From Lytechinus pictus (Eukaryota), in contig NC_087245.1 in NCBI RefSeq assembly GCF_037042905.1, positions 34,038,001-34,102,000 of the forward strand: a DNA stretch of 64,000 nucleotides, written 5' to 3'. This document shows positions 25,797 to 37,950 of this stretch, in pieces. Both the position numbers and the translations under genes were made by a program. Within the stretch, counting starts at the first letter, position 1; every line of letters begins with the position of its first letter. The notes beneath the pieces are model-generated. The model was not told the DNA's origin, did not search any database, and was given only the letters and a program-made list of their open reading frames with translations.

Positions 25797-28700
25797 CTGT
25801 ATATGGATATATATGACTCATGAGATACAGACACGTATGTCACCACAAATTAATGCGAGCGCGAAGCGCGAGCTGAAATTTTTTAGTATACCGACCTTAA
25901 AACAGGAAAAGTGCAACTGTTTAGGACTGTTTTCTTAGTAACTCATGAGGAGGATACATATCTCACTAAACAGATAATGCGTGTACCGAGAGCGTGAGCT
26001 TAAATTCCTTCATATTCTGACCTGAAAGGTTGATATTGTAAGCATTTTTGGTACCAATGATTTAAATTAGTATCTAAAAGAACAATAGATGCGAGCGCGA
26101 AGCGCGAGCTCCAAATTTTGATATTTCGATCTGGAAAAAAATGCCAGTTTACAACATTACAATCTTATTTTATTTTTGCACATCCGGAATTATTGGGGGG
26201 GGGGCAAAACGATATGTTTGCCCCACCAATATTTTCATTGGTGGGGCGATCGCCCCCTGGGTCGACGCCTCTGCACACGATATACATCCCCTTCAGACTA
26301 TAAGATAACCTATTAACGAAATTCATGTCTATCAAACTTATTTAGCGGAGCCTTTCCTTTACTTATTAAAACAATTCGTAAAAAGTTAATTGATCAGTCA
26401 TATGCATGATTTAAGATATTCTTTGTTTTTTTATTCAGGTTACGTGGCAGACGTGACGGGGTCCTTCAACTCTTCATTTATGTTCATCGCGGCGGTCGAT
26501 GCGATTGTATTTTTCCTCATGATCCCTCCCATAATTGGAGAGCAGTGTAACCGAAATTAGATATGTGATCAATTGTATTTTGTCAAACATTCCTGGTGGG
26601 TGTTTCATAAAGCTGTTCGCAAGATACGACTGACTTTACGCGCGATTGGTGACGCCTTCTTGTGCTAAATGATACATCCCTATGCCATTCGTTTATGACC
26701 TAAGAACATGTTCCAGTCGTTCGTAATTAAAGTTGTGCCCAACTCTATGAGCAGCTTTATGAAACACCCACCTGGGGCCGTTTGAAAAGTTGTTCGTAAG
26801 TAAAGAGCGACTTTAAAACGGCTGGTGAACCTTTCTTACACTATAAATAATGACCAATGAACAATGGTGAACCATGAGAAAGGATCACATGTCGTTCTTA
26901 AAGTCGCTCTTAACTTACCAACTACTTCAAACATCGACCTGTATTAAAAGGGGCGAAGACAGGGTATCTGTCCCCCCCCCCCCCTTAAAAAGTTGCTCGT
27001 CTATCCTAAATTGAAATAAATGTTAATGATGTATGTATAAGCAAAATCTGGGGAGCGTTTCATGAAGGTACTTTGTCCGACAAGTTCTGTTTTATCCGAC
27101 AATGACCATAGTAACAGTACCTCTCAACCAATCAGAATCAAGGAAAGATGTCAGATCTAACAACTTGTCGGACAAAAATGTTGATTAAACGCTCCCCTGA
27201 AGTCTATTTTAACTCTAGGGAGAGTCTGTTCTGGGCTACCTGTGCTAAAATTATGGGAAGGCGAAAAATGTCAAAGGTTTGCTTATATTAAAAGTTTGTT
27301 GTTGTTTACATGCTCTTCCCCCATGTTTTAATGGTGGATCATAAAATTTTTCTAGTCATTATTATATTATTTTATGGATTGCCAGTTTATTTAATTCAAT
27401 TTAATTTCATTTCAGTTACATTTCATTTATTCTTAGTTCCTACAATATATTATCATCTGCAAATGTCACACAAGGCCTACATTTTTTCAAAGTGAATATT
27501 GTTCTGCATGGGGAATAAATAGCATAAACAGACATTCTATCAACTATTTGATCACAAATTCATTATTGTACATATATCAAAATTAACCATAACTCTGTTT
27601 TTACATCCATTATTATGTAGAACATCGTCTCGATCAAATAAAAACAAACAGCGGATTGATGCTTTCTATATTCATTTTATACATGAATTCTAAATTAAAA
27701 AGATTTAAATGATTTACGTGGAGCGCTGTGTCTGGTACAAGTTCTGACTCTCACCGCTGAAACAGAGGTTCATGCGTTTGTTTCCCAGCCATGGCGTTAT
27801 TTCCTTCAGCAAGAGATTTACCCACATTGTGCTGCACTCAACCCACGTGAGGTGATTGGGAAAGCGCCATTAGCAGCTGGGGCTATTGTCGCCATCGAAT
27901 AGCAACTAGATAATCGCGGCCTCATAATTGTATTATTACTAATAATGATTATCAAGTCTTTATGAACATCCTTGAGAGTTGTTAAGTTTCTTTTGGGGAC
28001 CCACCCCCATGTATTAACCATCCTTCAGATCAAAACGTGTGAATCGAATCATTAACTTTTTTAAACATTCAATTCTTTGTTCGACACTCGACGTGCCGAA
28101 AAGTGATACTTGTGACAATAAATTGAATATTCATAAGTTTAAAACAATGGATGGGATGACATAAAAGACACTTACCAACCGAGGGATAACCCGGTGTTTC
28201 AGGATCCCCATTAGCATACATACAGGTACCCCTCTGCACCCCAGTGCCCGGTAGAAAGTACCCATCGGGGTACGTTTGGCCCCCTGGTATTGCATAATCC
28301 TTTGGATCGGAATACAGAATCAGCCCCACAACGCCGGCTTGAACAGCAAATTTAGCCTGGTAAGAGTTAGAAATCACTTTTGTTAATTCACCTCGGGGGG
28401 GGGGGTTATTTTCTTAGCATTGTATATAGTCTTACTAGGAATGTTCGGTGAGCGCATAAAATACAGAAACAGTAGGCCTTCATCAAGAGAAAATATAAAT
28501 AATATTTTACGAAGACTAATGAAAGATATTGTGAAAAGGTGGTTCATGTCATTACTGTAATTGTAGTCCTAATATCATGATATCGTCATAATCATTATCA
28601 TCATTATTATTAATATCATTATTACTATTATTACTATTATCATCAGCATAATCATCATGTCAACATCATCATTTATCTACAAAATCATTATTATCGTCGT

Positions 28701-31700
28701 TGTGACGCCTTTGTTCCTTATAAGCTCGTCATCGCCACAATCAATATTTCGCATATACGTTTCCATAGCAACGATCACTATTTTCTTTTCCATTTCTCAT
28801 ATCTAAAATGGGGTCTTCCAGAGAGGTCGAGAATAATAAGATTGTCTTTTATCTCAATCTTACAAACCCCTCTTGAATTCCTGTTTTGTGATGTGTACGT
28901 AGAGAAACGTTCAACAAAGCTTTAAGTTTGCACCCAATAAAACACCAACAGCGCTGTTTACAGGTTTAGGGTGTAACATTGCACCCTACTTGGGAAAAGG
29001 CTTAGAAATGCACTTTTTTACTATAAATTATTTACACCCCAAAATGATTGTTTCCATCCTGAAACGTACAACTTTGCCCCTTTTAGGGTGCGTGATATTT
29101 TACGTTTAAAAAAGGTTTAAATTTGAACCTCCATTAAATGGTTCGTCTCTGCATCCTATAGCTAATTCACCCTTAATGAAAAATTACACTCATTGGCACC
29201 CCTTAAGGTGCTGCTATTGTACAAACCCATGGAGACTCATATTTGAACCCTTTAATTCTGGAGTTGGTTCCTTCTAAAATATTTCTGATCATCCTTACCT
29301 TATCCCCTCGGAAGATGACTCCATATCGTGCAATAGCTATTTTGCCAGTGAGGTTTATTCCTTTCTCTTCGAGAAATTGAAAGTCTTCTACCCTCGCGTA
29401 GTTAACGTACACCAAGTCGTTCTACAAAAAAATAATGAAATTGTAAAAGAAAAGTAATGTAATTATAAAACAGTTATAAACTTTCTTTGCAATTTTATTA
29501 ACTTCATCCTGTGGGCTTAAACACTGACGACAACCGCAGCGATTATTTTATTTATCTTTATAAATGAAGTACGAATTTCTTTATAACATTTTACATACTT
29601 TCAGATACCTCATCTAATCCTTGGTTAACTTTTATTGTTTTATTTTTTAAGACTCGCCCGAATGATGAGGTTTGTATTTTGGACGCCTTTATGCCCATTT
29701 CGGCACGTTCGAAGTCACCGCATATCTTTAGAAATGTTTTAATTTTTTATCCCTTATTAGTCGAAATATTTACACTGCTTAATATCCAACAGAGTTGTAT
29801 GCGAGTCATTTTCTTGCGAGTCCAAGTCATTTTTGCAAGTCCAAGTCAAGTGCCATTTGAGCATTTAGCAAGTCGAATCGCAACTAGAGCTCAGGTAGCA
29901 CACCTCAAGTCGACAACTCTGATATACAAAGCTTTCTACCAATGAAATTCCTTTTTCAGGTAGGAGTTGGGGAAAGCTAAATTATGATTATGATAGCACT
30001 TACTGTTATTACCCCCTGAGCGGAGTAGGCATTGAAGGGTGGTAGGACAAGGTCTTCTTTTTCCTTCGAGTGATCATCCAGAGGTTTTTCTTTTAGCCGA
30101 GACGTAAAATTTACTGAGCCATCGCCGTTCAGTATTTCCACCTGTTTTCATTCATAACAGGAAAATTCTGCATAAATTTGCATAGATTTGTGTAAATTTC
30201 AATGACGGAGACATAATAATAATAATATAGGGTATTTATATTGCGCACATATCCACCTTGTTAGGTGCTCAAGGCGCTCCTATATTACCCGGCTACGCTA
30301 GGCGTTCATAGCGCACACAGCTTTTTAAGGAATTACTTCCTACCGGTACCCATTTACCTCACCTGGGTTGAGTGCAGCACACTGTGGATCAGTTTCTTGC
30401 GGAAGGAAATTACGTAATGGCTGGGATTCGAACCCACGACCCTCTGTTTCAAAGTCCGAAGACTAATCCACTGGGCCACAACGCTCCACATAACAAAGGA
30501 ATAATGCAGGATACCGTCTCTCGTGTTTGACCTTTCGTATATTATGGCACAGTCACATTTCCCCTTCGGCGGCCGTACAGCGAGTCGAAAACGGCCGTTT
30601 TAGCATGTTTTTTTTAACCAGCTACAATTATAGGTGGTTTGAATAAATATTACTTCAAAAAAATGCTTACGACCGCCGCGCCGTACGGGAAATGTGACTG
30701 CAGCATAAAGGTTTCATCACAACTGTCTGTAAAGACACATTGCATTAAAATTTAGGTGTAAAATAGTAGTGATTATATCATCACCTTGTATTGTATTATA
30801 TCATATTCACAATTGTTTTTACATTTTTAGGTCTAGGTCTAGTTTATTGAAGGTTATTGCTCCAAATTTTCCGTCACTTGGGCATGGGCGGAAATCCCAG
30901 GGGGGACATGGGAAGCGTCCCCCTACCCAAAATAGTAGGGGACACAATATCAAATGTCCCCCTACTATTTTTGGTGGAAATAAATACACCATTCAAAATC
31001 GAAATAAAACGTATATTTTGGACCAGATTACGTTACTTTTTGGGTGATTACCTTTTCTTTTTTTTTTTTGCTTGTCAAATTTATTTTTGGTCGAAATGAC
31101 CTTAATTTTGGGGTGATTACCTTTTTCAGCCTCTGGTCCACCCTACCTTTGGGGAGAGATTTTCGCCCCTTGCATTTGGGAGGAATAACTCCTTTCTTTC
31201 TTTTTGCTTGTCAGTCCGGGGAGGGTTTCATGAAAAGACGGACGTTTTATCCGACAAGTCCTCTTTTATCCGACAGTTAACACAAGAACAGTGGCTCTCA
31301 GCCAATCAAAATACAGGAAACATGTCAGATCTGACAACTTTTCAGACAAAAATGTTGATGAACCAACACCCTTGTTTCACAGGGCCATGGATATATCCCA
31401 TTTAACACAATATAGATTTCTAGACGGACACAATGAAGAGATGATCTTATTGGTAGTCAACTGTGATATACCTTATTATCTTCTCCTGCTTCTTCAGATG
31501 GGAAGGACAGTAGTACTTTGTAGGAATGCATGGATGATTGGAAACCATATTCGGTCCAGTTGCCATGAATCTGATCTGCCAGATCCTTGTTCTGTTGTGT
31601 ACCAGCAACATGTGGGTTCTGGGTGAGTTCCCTGAAAAAAAGTGGGACGGGAGAATAATGAAAGAANNNNNNNNNNNNNNNNNNNNNNNNNNNNNNNNNN

Positions 31701-32113
31701 NNNNNNNNNNNNNNNNNNNNNNNNNNNNNNNNNNNNNNNNNNNNNNNNNNNNNNNNNNNNNNNNNNNNNNNNNNNNNNNNNNNNNNNNNNNNNNNNNNNN
31801 NNNNNNNNNNNNNNACAGTAACTACCACCACCACGTACCTTAATCACCAAAACCACCACCACTACTACTGCTACTATTACCAACACCTGCACCACCACGA
31901 ATAACCACTGTAACAATACTACTATTATAGCACCACCGTAGCCGTATACCACCACAGTAACAACACTACTACTATAGTACTTATGCTACTGCTACTATAC
32001 TACTAGTTCTGTTACTACTAGTACTACTTCTACTACTACTACTACTACTTCTTCTACTACTGCTGATATTACTATCATACTACTGCCACCACCACCAGCA
32101 ACAACAACACTAT

Positions 32114-32160
<47 letters not shown>

Positions 32161-33109
32161 TACTACTACCACCACGTACCTTAATCATCATCAATATCAC
32201 CAAAACCACCACCACTACTACTGCTACTATTACCACCACCTGCACCACCACGAATAACCACTGTAACAATATTACTATTATAGCACCATCGTAGCCGTAT
32301 ACCACCACAGTAACAATACTACTACTACTATAGTAATTATGCTACTGCTACTATACTACTAGTTCTGTTACTACTCGTACTACTTCTACTACTACTAATA
32401 CTACTACTACTTATACTGCTGCTATTACTATCATACTACTACTACTGCCACCACCACCACCACCAACAACAACACTATTACTACTACTACTACTATACTA
32501 CTACCACCACCACAACCATCACCACCACTGTTACTATCATTGTTACCACGACCACCACAACCACCTTCACCCCACNNNNNNNNNNNNNNNNNNNNNNNNN
32601 NNNNNNNNNNNNNNNNNNNNNNNNNNNNNNNNNNNNNNNNNNNNNNNNNNNNNNNNNNNNNNNNNNNNNNNNNNNNNNNNNNNNNNNNNNNNNNNNNNNN
32701 NNNNNNNNNNNNNNNNNNNNNNNNNNNNNNNNNNNNNNNNNNNNNNNNNNNNNNNNNNNNNNNNNNTACTACTATCACTACTTTTACTACAACAAAATTA
32801 TCATCATTATCCGTAAATATGGAAGCGATATATCAGAAAGGTGGTGGTGCTATTTTGGCCTACAAATTCTAGATATGTTCTGTCGATGCCAGGTAAAATG
32901 ATCCTCTCATACCACAGAAAATCTCGGACATTATCAGCTTTCATTTCATTTATCAGTTGGGTTGATACTCTGGAATCGGCTTCACGTCGGGCATTCTCGT
33001 AAACACCCGGAACTCTTTCGGGGCCCGAAAACCACCCGATCAGAACTCCAGTACCGATCCCGCAGGACAGTGCTATGCAAACGATTACGATCAGTTGAAA
33101 AGTTTCCAT
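6074..33109 (-). CDS. Glutamate carboxypeptidase II / NAALADase-like M28B peptidase (FOLH1/NAALAD family), 3' part outside window
   Basis: Phase-consistent GT-AG exons: 33109-32913, 31631-31472, 30141-30004, 29421-29299, 28356-28176, 11843-11747, 10672-10571, 10107-10022, 9000-8881, 8503-8421, 7876-7813, 6810-6743, 6156-6074 (about 500 aa). Motifs: N-terminal signal anchor, [94 protein letters not shown]. Confidence 0.93.
9198..9627. repeat. Foldback element: about 105-bp outer inverted arms enclosing (TA)n tracts and an inner hairpin
   Basis: 9198-9302 is the imperfect reverse complement of 9523-9627; inner arms about 9358-9391 / 9400-9433. Confidence 0.8.
11964..12363. mobile_element. Palindromic MITE
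   Basis: TIRs CCCTTTCATTAACCCAATAAAACC / GGTTTATTGGGTTTATGAAAGGG; internal ATGCGGATAAT motifs in both orientations. Confidence 0.7.
12579..13162. mobile_element. Kolobok-type non-autonomous element
   Basis: Ends AGGAGAATGAAAC / GTTTCATTCTCCT followed by TTAA; internal inverted segments. Confidence 0.6.
13762..15291. mobile_element. hAT-type non-autonomous element nested in an older TIR element (about 13207-15353)
   Basis: TIRs CAGTGGCGTAACAGG / CCTGTTACGCCGCTG, 8-bp TSD AGGGAGGG (13754-13761, 15292-15299); outer TIR TTCGGCTTGTAC / GTACAAGCCGAA. Confidence 0.8.
15941..26560 (+). CDS. SLC16 / monocarboxylate transporter-like MFS protein, join(15941..16136,23454..23603,24175..25251,26439..26560), 514 aa
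   Basis: Three phase-1 GT-AG introns giving one open frame; multiple TM segments, [12 protein letters not shown] motif, long central hydrophilic loop, [10 protein letters not shown] near the C-terminus. Confidence 0.85.
19720..20181. mobile_element. GC-rich MITE-like element
   Basis: TIR TGTTCAGACTGTC / GACGGTCTGAACA, repeated CCCCGGG motifs. Confidence 0.55.
20190..20800 (-). pseudogene. Degraded L2/CR1-group LINE RT fragment
   Basis: Frameshifted pieces [29 protein letters not shown]. Confidence 0.8.
20801..21087 (-). mobile_element. tRNA-derived SINE
   Basis: Head with A-box GTGGTCTAGTGG and B-box-like GAGTTAGAATCC; body shared with 27718-27950 and 30213-30489; (TTA)n tail. Confidence 0.8.
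21350..22620 (-). pseudogene. Second degraded L2/CR1-group LINE ORF2 fragment
   Basis: [51 protein letters not shown], then a frameshifted GVPQGSV-like segment; boundaries approximate. Confidence 0.8.
25553..26273. mobile_element. hAT-type MITE in SLC16 intron 3
   Basis: Ends CAGGGGCGTCGA / TCGACGCCTCTG; flanks CACGCGAT / CACACGAT (7 of 8 match). Confidence 0.65.
26596..26938. mobile_element. Two abutting Harbinger-type MITEs (26596-26771, 26775-26938)
   Basis: TIR GTGGGTGTTTCATAAAGCTG / CAGCTTTATGAAACACCCAC; CTG at 26593, 26772 and 26939. Confidence 0.7.
27051..27196. mobile_element. Harbinger-type MITE (related copy at about 31218-31372)
   Basis: TIR GGGAGCGTTT / AAACGCTCCC, CTG on both sides. 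Confidence 0.7.
27718..27950 (+). mobile_element. tRNA-derived SINE, diverged copy
   Basis: Shares CCATGGCG..TTTCCTTCAGCAAGA..CCACA.TGTGCTGCACTCAACCCA.GTGAGGT body with the other two copies; ATT-repeat tail. Confidence 0.7.
30213..30489 (-). mobile_element. tRNA-derived SINE
   Basis: Head TGTGGCCCAGTGG ... GGTTCGAATCCC, shared body, (TTA)n tail. Confidence 0.85.
31815..32790. repeat. (ACT/ACC)n low-complexity microsatellite block with higher-order duplication, gapped
   Basis: CACCACGTACCTTAATCA... unit seen near 31828 and 32170; N-gaps at 31667-31814 and 32576-32766. Confidence 0.85.
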
Positions 33110-34911
33110 TTTTGAAATTCTATGAAAATGAAAAAAAAAAAAATGTCATTCATCTATTGCTTCATTTACTTGTAAGAATAAGACATCCTGCCATATAGCT
33201 TTGTGCCCAGCATTTTAATTAGAGACATAACCTATTTGTTAAGCGTAGTAGCATAATTATTTAGGAGGGGCAGACATGGCGTATGGGGCAAACATTTCTG
33301 AAAATCAATGTTGGCCTTTTGTAATAGATATTGACAAAATAATATCATGTTTCATCCCTTTTGCCCCCCCCCCCTTTTTTTTCATGTTCTCTCTTTTTTT
33401 CCTTAGTCGTGATTTTTTTTAGGGGGATGGCCCAATCCCAAGGGCCCCCACCCATACGCCAGCGGTTAAGCCGTGCCCAATAGTATAGCAGTTCCATAAC
33501 ATGGTTCGCTACCCTGGGTAAAGTAACTTCGTGTTTGTTTGTTTTTAGTTGTTTTTTATCAGGAGTCATAAACACTTTGATCATTAGTGTTGTTATTACA
33601 ACTATTACGGTTACTGTGTTACCTTTTTATAAGTGCCAATATTTTTAGTACAAAATTTGCCCTTCCGAACTGAGGAGAGTCAGGAGATGCTATAAACCTT
33701 GTGGTTGGAAATATATAAACATAATTTATGATCGGTGTGAAGTACAGTGGGTGTCAAATGATATGGGCAGTAGGTAGGCCTATTTTACAATGATGTCGTT
33801 AAGTTGTTGATTTCCAAAATCTATTCTTCTGTGCCAATCATGCCAATATAGGCTTACGGCAATATTGGGCATCCCCTATTCTTGCCTACGTACATATCAT
33901 ACTTGTGCACATTTACAGGCCTATAAAATGTGTCATTTTGGCCTCAGTTTCCGATTTACCTTTCCGAGTAGAGTATACTCTAACCTGGACTCTAACCCTG
34001 GAAGAACATTATTATACAGGAATCATTGGAATAGAGCTGGTTTGATTTTGCTTGAATTGTCCAAAAATCAATGTATTAACCACAATGCAGCGGGAATATT
34101 TTTCTTATGACTATCCGTCCTCGTAATTCGTAATACTCTACACTGTTAGAAAAGAACAGAAGATTTTACAGAAGAAAAAAAACAGATTTTACAGAAAGAA
34201 TTGTTAAAACAGGAAAGATTTTATACAATTTTTATAGAATTTTACAGAACAGGTCTGTTTTAAAAAGGGGGAAACAGTTTTATTACAATAAATTTGTAAG
34301 ATTACGTACACCAAATATCTATTTTCTGTAATTTTGCACAAATGCATGTAAGATTACACAGTGCAGTAAGATTACAGGTGTTCTCGAGACTCTGCTGCAG
34401 GAATTTTTTTAAGTAGAAATTTTCTAACAGTGCATAAGTTTCCTGAATATTTAGTCTATTCTAATTTTACAATTTTCATCATTCTTATTCAAATTTTTAT
34501 TCTGAAAAGTCTATAGATTTTGTGTTTAGTTATTCTGTAAGATCATCGATATGGCGACATAGAAATTGGCAGGCATAGCTCAAATCAAAGTCCCTCACAG
34601 CTATCCCTTTCTCTCTTTCTCTTTTTCAACGGAGGAGACCTATGGGGAACTTTGATTTGGGCTATTGTTCTCTGTCCCCAACAAAGCTGCCGTACAGGTA
34701 TATTTTTCACATTTTCTTCAGGGAACTTGTGTACAATAAATACATTCATAATACATTACATTTCTAAAATTCTCATTGTATATACATTACAATCATACTT
34801 CAGCATAGCAAGAAATAAAACATAATTTGATTCTTACTAAATAATCGATCTGGAAAGAACACGCTAAACAAACTTTTCACTCAAAACAATTACAAATCTT
34901 AAATCTCTTAC

Positions 34912-34990
34912 CCGGGAGTCGAACATCAGCGTTATAAACAAGCAACTAAATTTAGAATAACCACGATATTAAGGCGAACTTCGAACGTGT
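34912..34990 (-). other. Probable non-coding first exon of the NAALADase-like gene
   Basis: Donor CGG|GTAAG at 34911 on minus strand, matching acceptor TTTTCATAG at 33120; upstream boundary unknown. Confidence 0.45.
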
Positions 34991-36390
34991 GTACAAAAAA
35001 GTTGGATGGGCGGGATCAGCGGTAGCACAAGATTGGATGGAGTTTAAAGGGGATGACGTTTTCTGGTTGAGGTTATAAGAATAATTATGGTTGGAACGTG
35101 GCCATGCTGTGATTATCACTCTTTCACTACTTTCTCCCATTTCATTAAAAATATCTTGCAAGTAGCTTTTAAGTTTTGACTCAGTGCTGTAATATGTTTT
35201 TTGATTATTTGCTTTGTAATTCATTAATTTGTAAAATGGCCCCTTGCTGCTGGTCAATTTTTATATGTTTATGTATATGCATATACCCATAAATAAATAA
35301 ATGAATAAATAAATGACTAGATAAATACATAAATAAATAAATTAATAAATTGATAAATTAATAAATAAATTAATTAATCAATTGAAAAATTAATAAATTA
35401 TACACAAACGCAGATGGGTGTGCAGTCGAAGGAGGATCTGTTTAGAAGATTTCCTCTGTGTCTCGGATGTGGAATTAAAAGGGCAAGTCCACCCCAACTA
35501 AAAGTTGATTTGAATAAAAAGAGAAAAATCGAACAAGCATAACACCAAAAATTTCATCAAAATAGGATGTAAAATAAGAAGGTTATGACGTTTTACTTTT
35601 GCTTAATTTCACACAACAGTTATATGTACATCCTGGTAGGTATGCAAATGAGGGGACTGATGACATCACTCACTCACTATTTCTTTTGTATTTTATTATA
35701 TGAAATATGAAATATTCTAATTTTTTCCTCATTGTCCAAAGTTTTATAGATTTTTCAGCAGAAATGCCATATTCGGGGGGAGGGGGCTTTCCTCTTCCCA
35801 ATATGAATGCTGGTTATCGCCATTGATAATGACCCAACACTTGCATAAAATAAGGTATGATCTATATCGAAGCAGTTGTATAGAATAATCTTACCTCCCC
35901 GAAACGCACACAAAAATATACCTTTTGGGGGAAACTGCCTCTCTTACTTCTAGTGACTATGATGCAGACTTGCTTGCTTAACTATCTCCCTATGAACTGC
36001 CCATTTTGATGATTTATTCATACGCGATGCGCGTTTTTTTTTTGTTGTTGTTCTTATATTCCTTCTTCTTTTCTCTTTATCTTCCCTGTTTAAAGAGTCG
36101 GGACTAAAGTGCCTTTTGCCCCTGCATTTTTTAGAAAGAGGTAACAGTCCCAGCCTCCCCCCCCCCCCCCCCCCCCGCTTCCGGCGACCCTACCTTCCTT
36201 TTCTACTCTGTTACAATCATTCATTCAATAAAAGAGGTCAATGTAGTCAAGCCGAGAGAGGGCATTCAACCCAGTATATGGTATGTGTACGTGAAGCAAC
36301 CACTTTTTTTCCCTTTCAAATAAGCAAACACATTATTACCAAGAAAGCGTATAGCATTTTTCATTTATTTGAATGTAGGATAAATGAGCA

Positions 36391-36474
36391 GAGGTGTCGA
36401 GGCCGGGGATCGAACCCCGACTAACATGATTGTGTATATTCAGGGCGCCTTAGACCACTCGGCCGCGGCACCTC
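36391..36474 (-). pseudogene. tRNA(Leu)-like sequence (tRNA pseudogene or SINE head)
   Basis: GGCCGAGTGGTCTAAGGCG D-arm/A-box, GGTTCGATCCC T-arm/B-box, closing stem GAGGTG/CACCTC; anticodon arm non-canonical. Confidence 0.55.
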
Positions 36475-36880
36475 CACTTGATGTACTCGGGCGATACACA
36501 CAGTAGGATTTTATTGAATCATAAAAGTTAAATTAATGACTGCATATCCAAGGGTCATTGTTCGGGTTGGTCAAGGGTCATTGTTCGCACGGGCGTAAAT
36601 CCCGGGGGAATGGGGGAGAAACACCCCCCCCCCCCCACTTTAAATATTGTTTTTAATCATCAATGGTCAATAATACTGTTAATGTGTAGCTTGCTATTTG
36701 ATTGCACTCAAAGTGCTTAAATTGGCCTACTTTTGCATTTTTTTAATGCAAAATTTCGCACGCGGTCGCTCCGTTCCCGCGCTATCTTACAGGAATTTGG
36801 CCTTGACAAATCCCTACGTTTAAGATTGTTGCAAAGGTTGTATCCCCTGCATTATGGGAGCTAGTTTAGTTATAATAAGT

Positions 36881-37237
36881 CAATTCGGTGCCCGGGCCCT
36901 ATGTCGGATATCAATTCGGCGCCCCCTATGATCGTACTTCATATCGGCACCCCTATGTCTAACTTTAATTCGGCGCGCCTAATTCGATCGAACATCAATT
37001 CAGTGCCCCCTATGTCAAACATCGATTCGGCGCCCCTAAATAAAACTTCAATTCGGCACCCCTATGTCGAACATCCATTCGGCGCCCCCTATGTCTAACA
37101 TCCATTCGTCGCTCCTTGGTAAAACATCAATTCGGCGCCCTCGACCCCCCCCCCCCCCGGTTGAACATAAATTTGGCGCTTCTATGTCGAACATCAATTC
37201 GGCGCCCCCTCAGTGTCAAACATGGATTCGGCGCTCC
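36881..37237. repeat. About 27-bp minisatellite (consensus CCTATGTCGAACATCAATTCGGCGCCC), about 13 degenerate units
   Basis: Recurrent TTCGGCGCCC core at about 27-bp spacing; lies inside a MITE-like unit at about 36587-37427. Confidence 0.85.
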
Positions 37238-37600
37238 CCCCCCCCCCTTCCCTCTTCTTTTTTAACCCTCCTCTTTTTCTTTCCCCCTTTTTTCCTCTTT
37301 CTCTTCTTTCCTTTCTTTTTTTTCTCCCCCTGTTCTTTCCCTCTCTTTTCTTCCTCTTTTGGCGCCCCCTTTTTTGCCTACCCGGGCCTGGGCCCCGACC
37401 CCCCCCCCCCCCAGAATACGCGCATGCTTCATATTATAGAAATATTCCTGAGTTCAAATTAAAAATCAAAATGAGTGTGATACAAAATGTGCCACTTTAG
37501 TTCATAACGAGGAAATGTAGTTTTTTTACGAGTGTACAGATGAGGACGGCATCTCGTAACTTTGTTCCTATTTTTAATGATAATAATAATAATAATAATA

Positions 37601-37950
37601 GAAGAAGGAGTAAAGAGGAAGAAAAGATACAGAAGTATATGGGAGCTGAGAAGGATATGGAAGGTGAAGATGAAGGTAGTACCAATAGTCATCGGAGCCT
37701 TAGGAACTGTGACAACAAGACACAGAAGCTTTCTGGCTGTTCTAGGTGTCCAATGAAACGATACAGAAGGCAAGCTTACTTGAAACAGCTCATATCTTAC
37801 GGAAGGTCTTGAATTAGAAAGAAAAGAGAACAATGAGAAGAGGACCCATTTGATAGAATATAGAACAATAACCCTAGATTTCTGGAAGAAATCCGCTTGC
37901 TGTAGTTATAATATACCAACAGAACATCAAGTTGTGGACAAGGGAAGGGA
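37601..37950 (+). mobile_element. 3' fragment of an RLE-type non-LTR retrotransposon (R4/Dong-like) within (TAA)n
   Basis: KEEEKIQKY then (frameshift) WELRRIWKVKMKVVPIVIGALGTV, typical of the restriction-like endonuclease C-terminus; TAA repeats on both sides. Confidence 0.65.

Noticed and set aside
31457-32872. Poly-Val/poly-Thr ORFs (mucin-like)
   Set aside because: Translations of an intronic trinucleotide microsatellite and N-gaps
36391-36474. Functional tRNA gene
   Set aside because: Anticodon and variable arms do not form a canonical cloverleaf by eye; treated as pseudogene or SINE head
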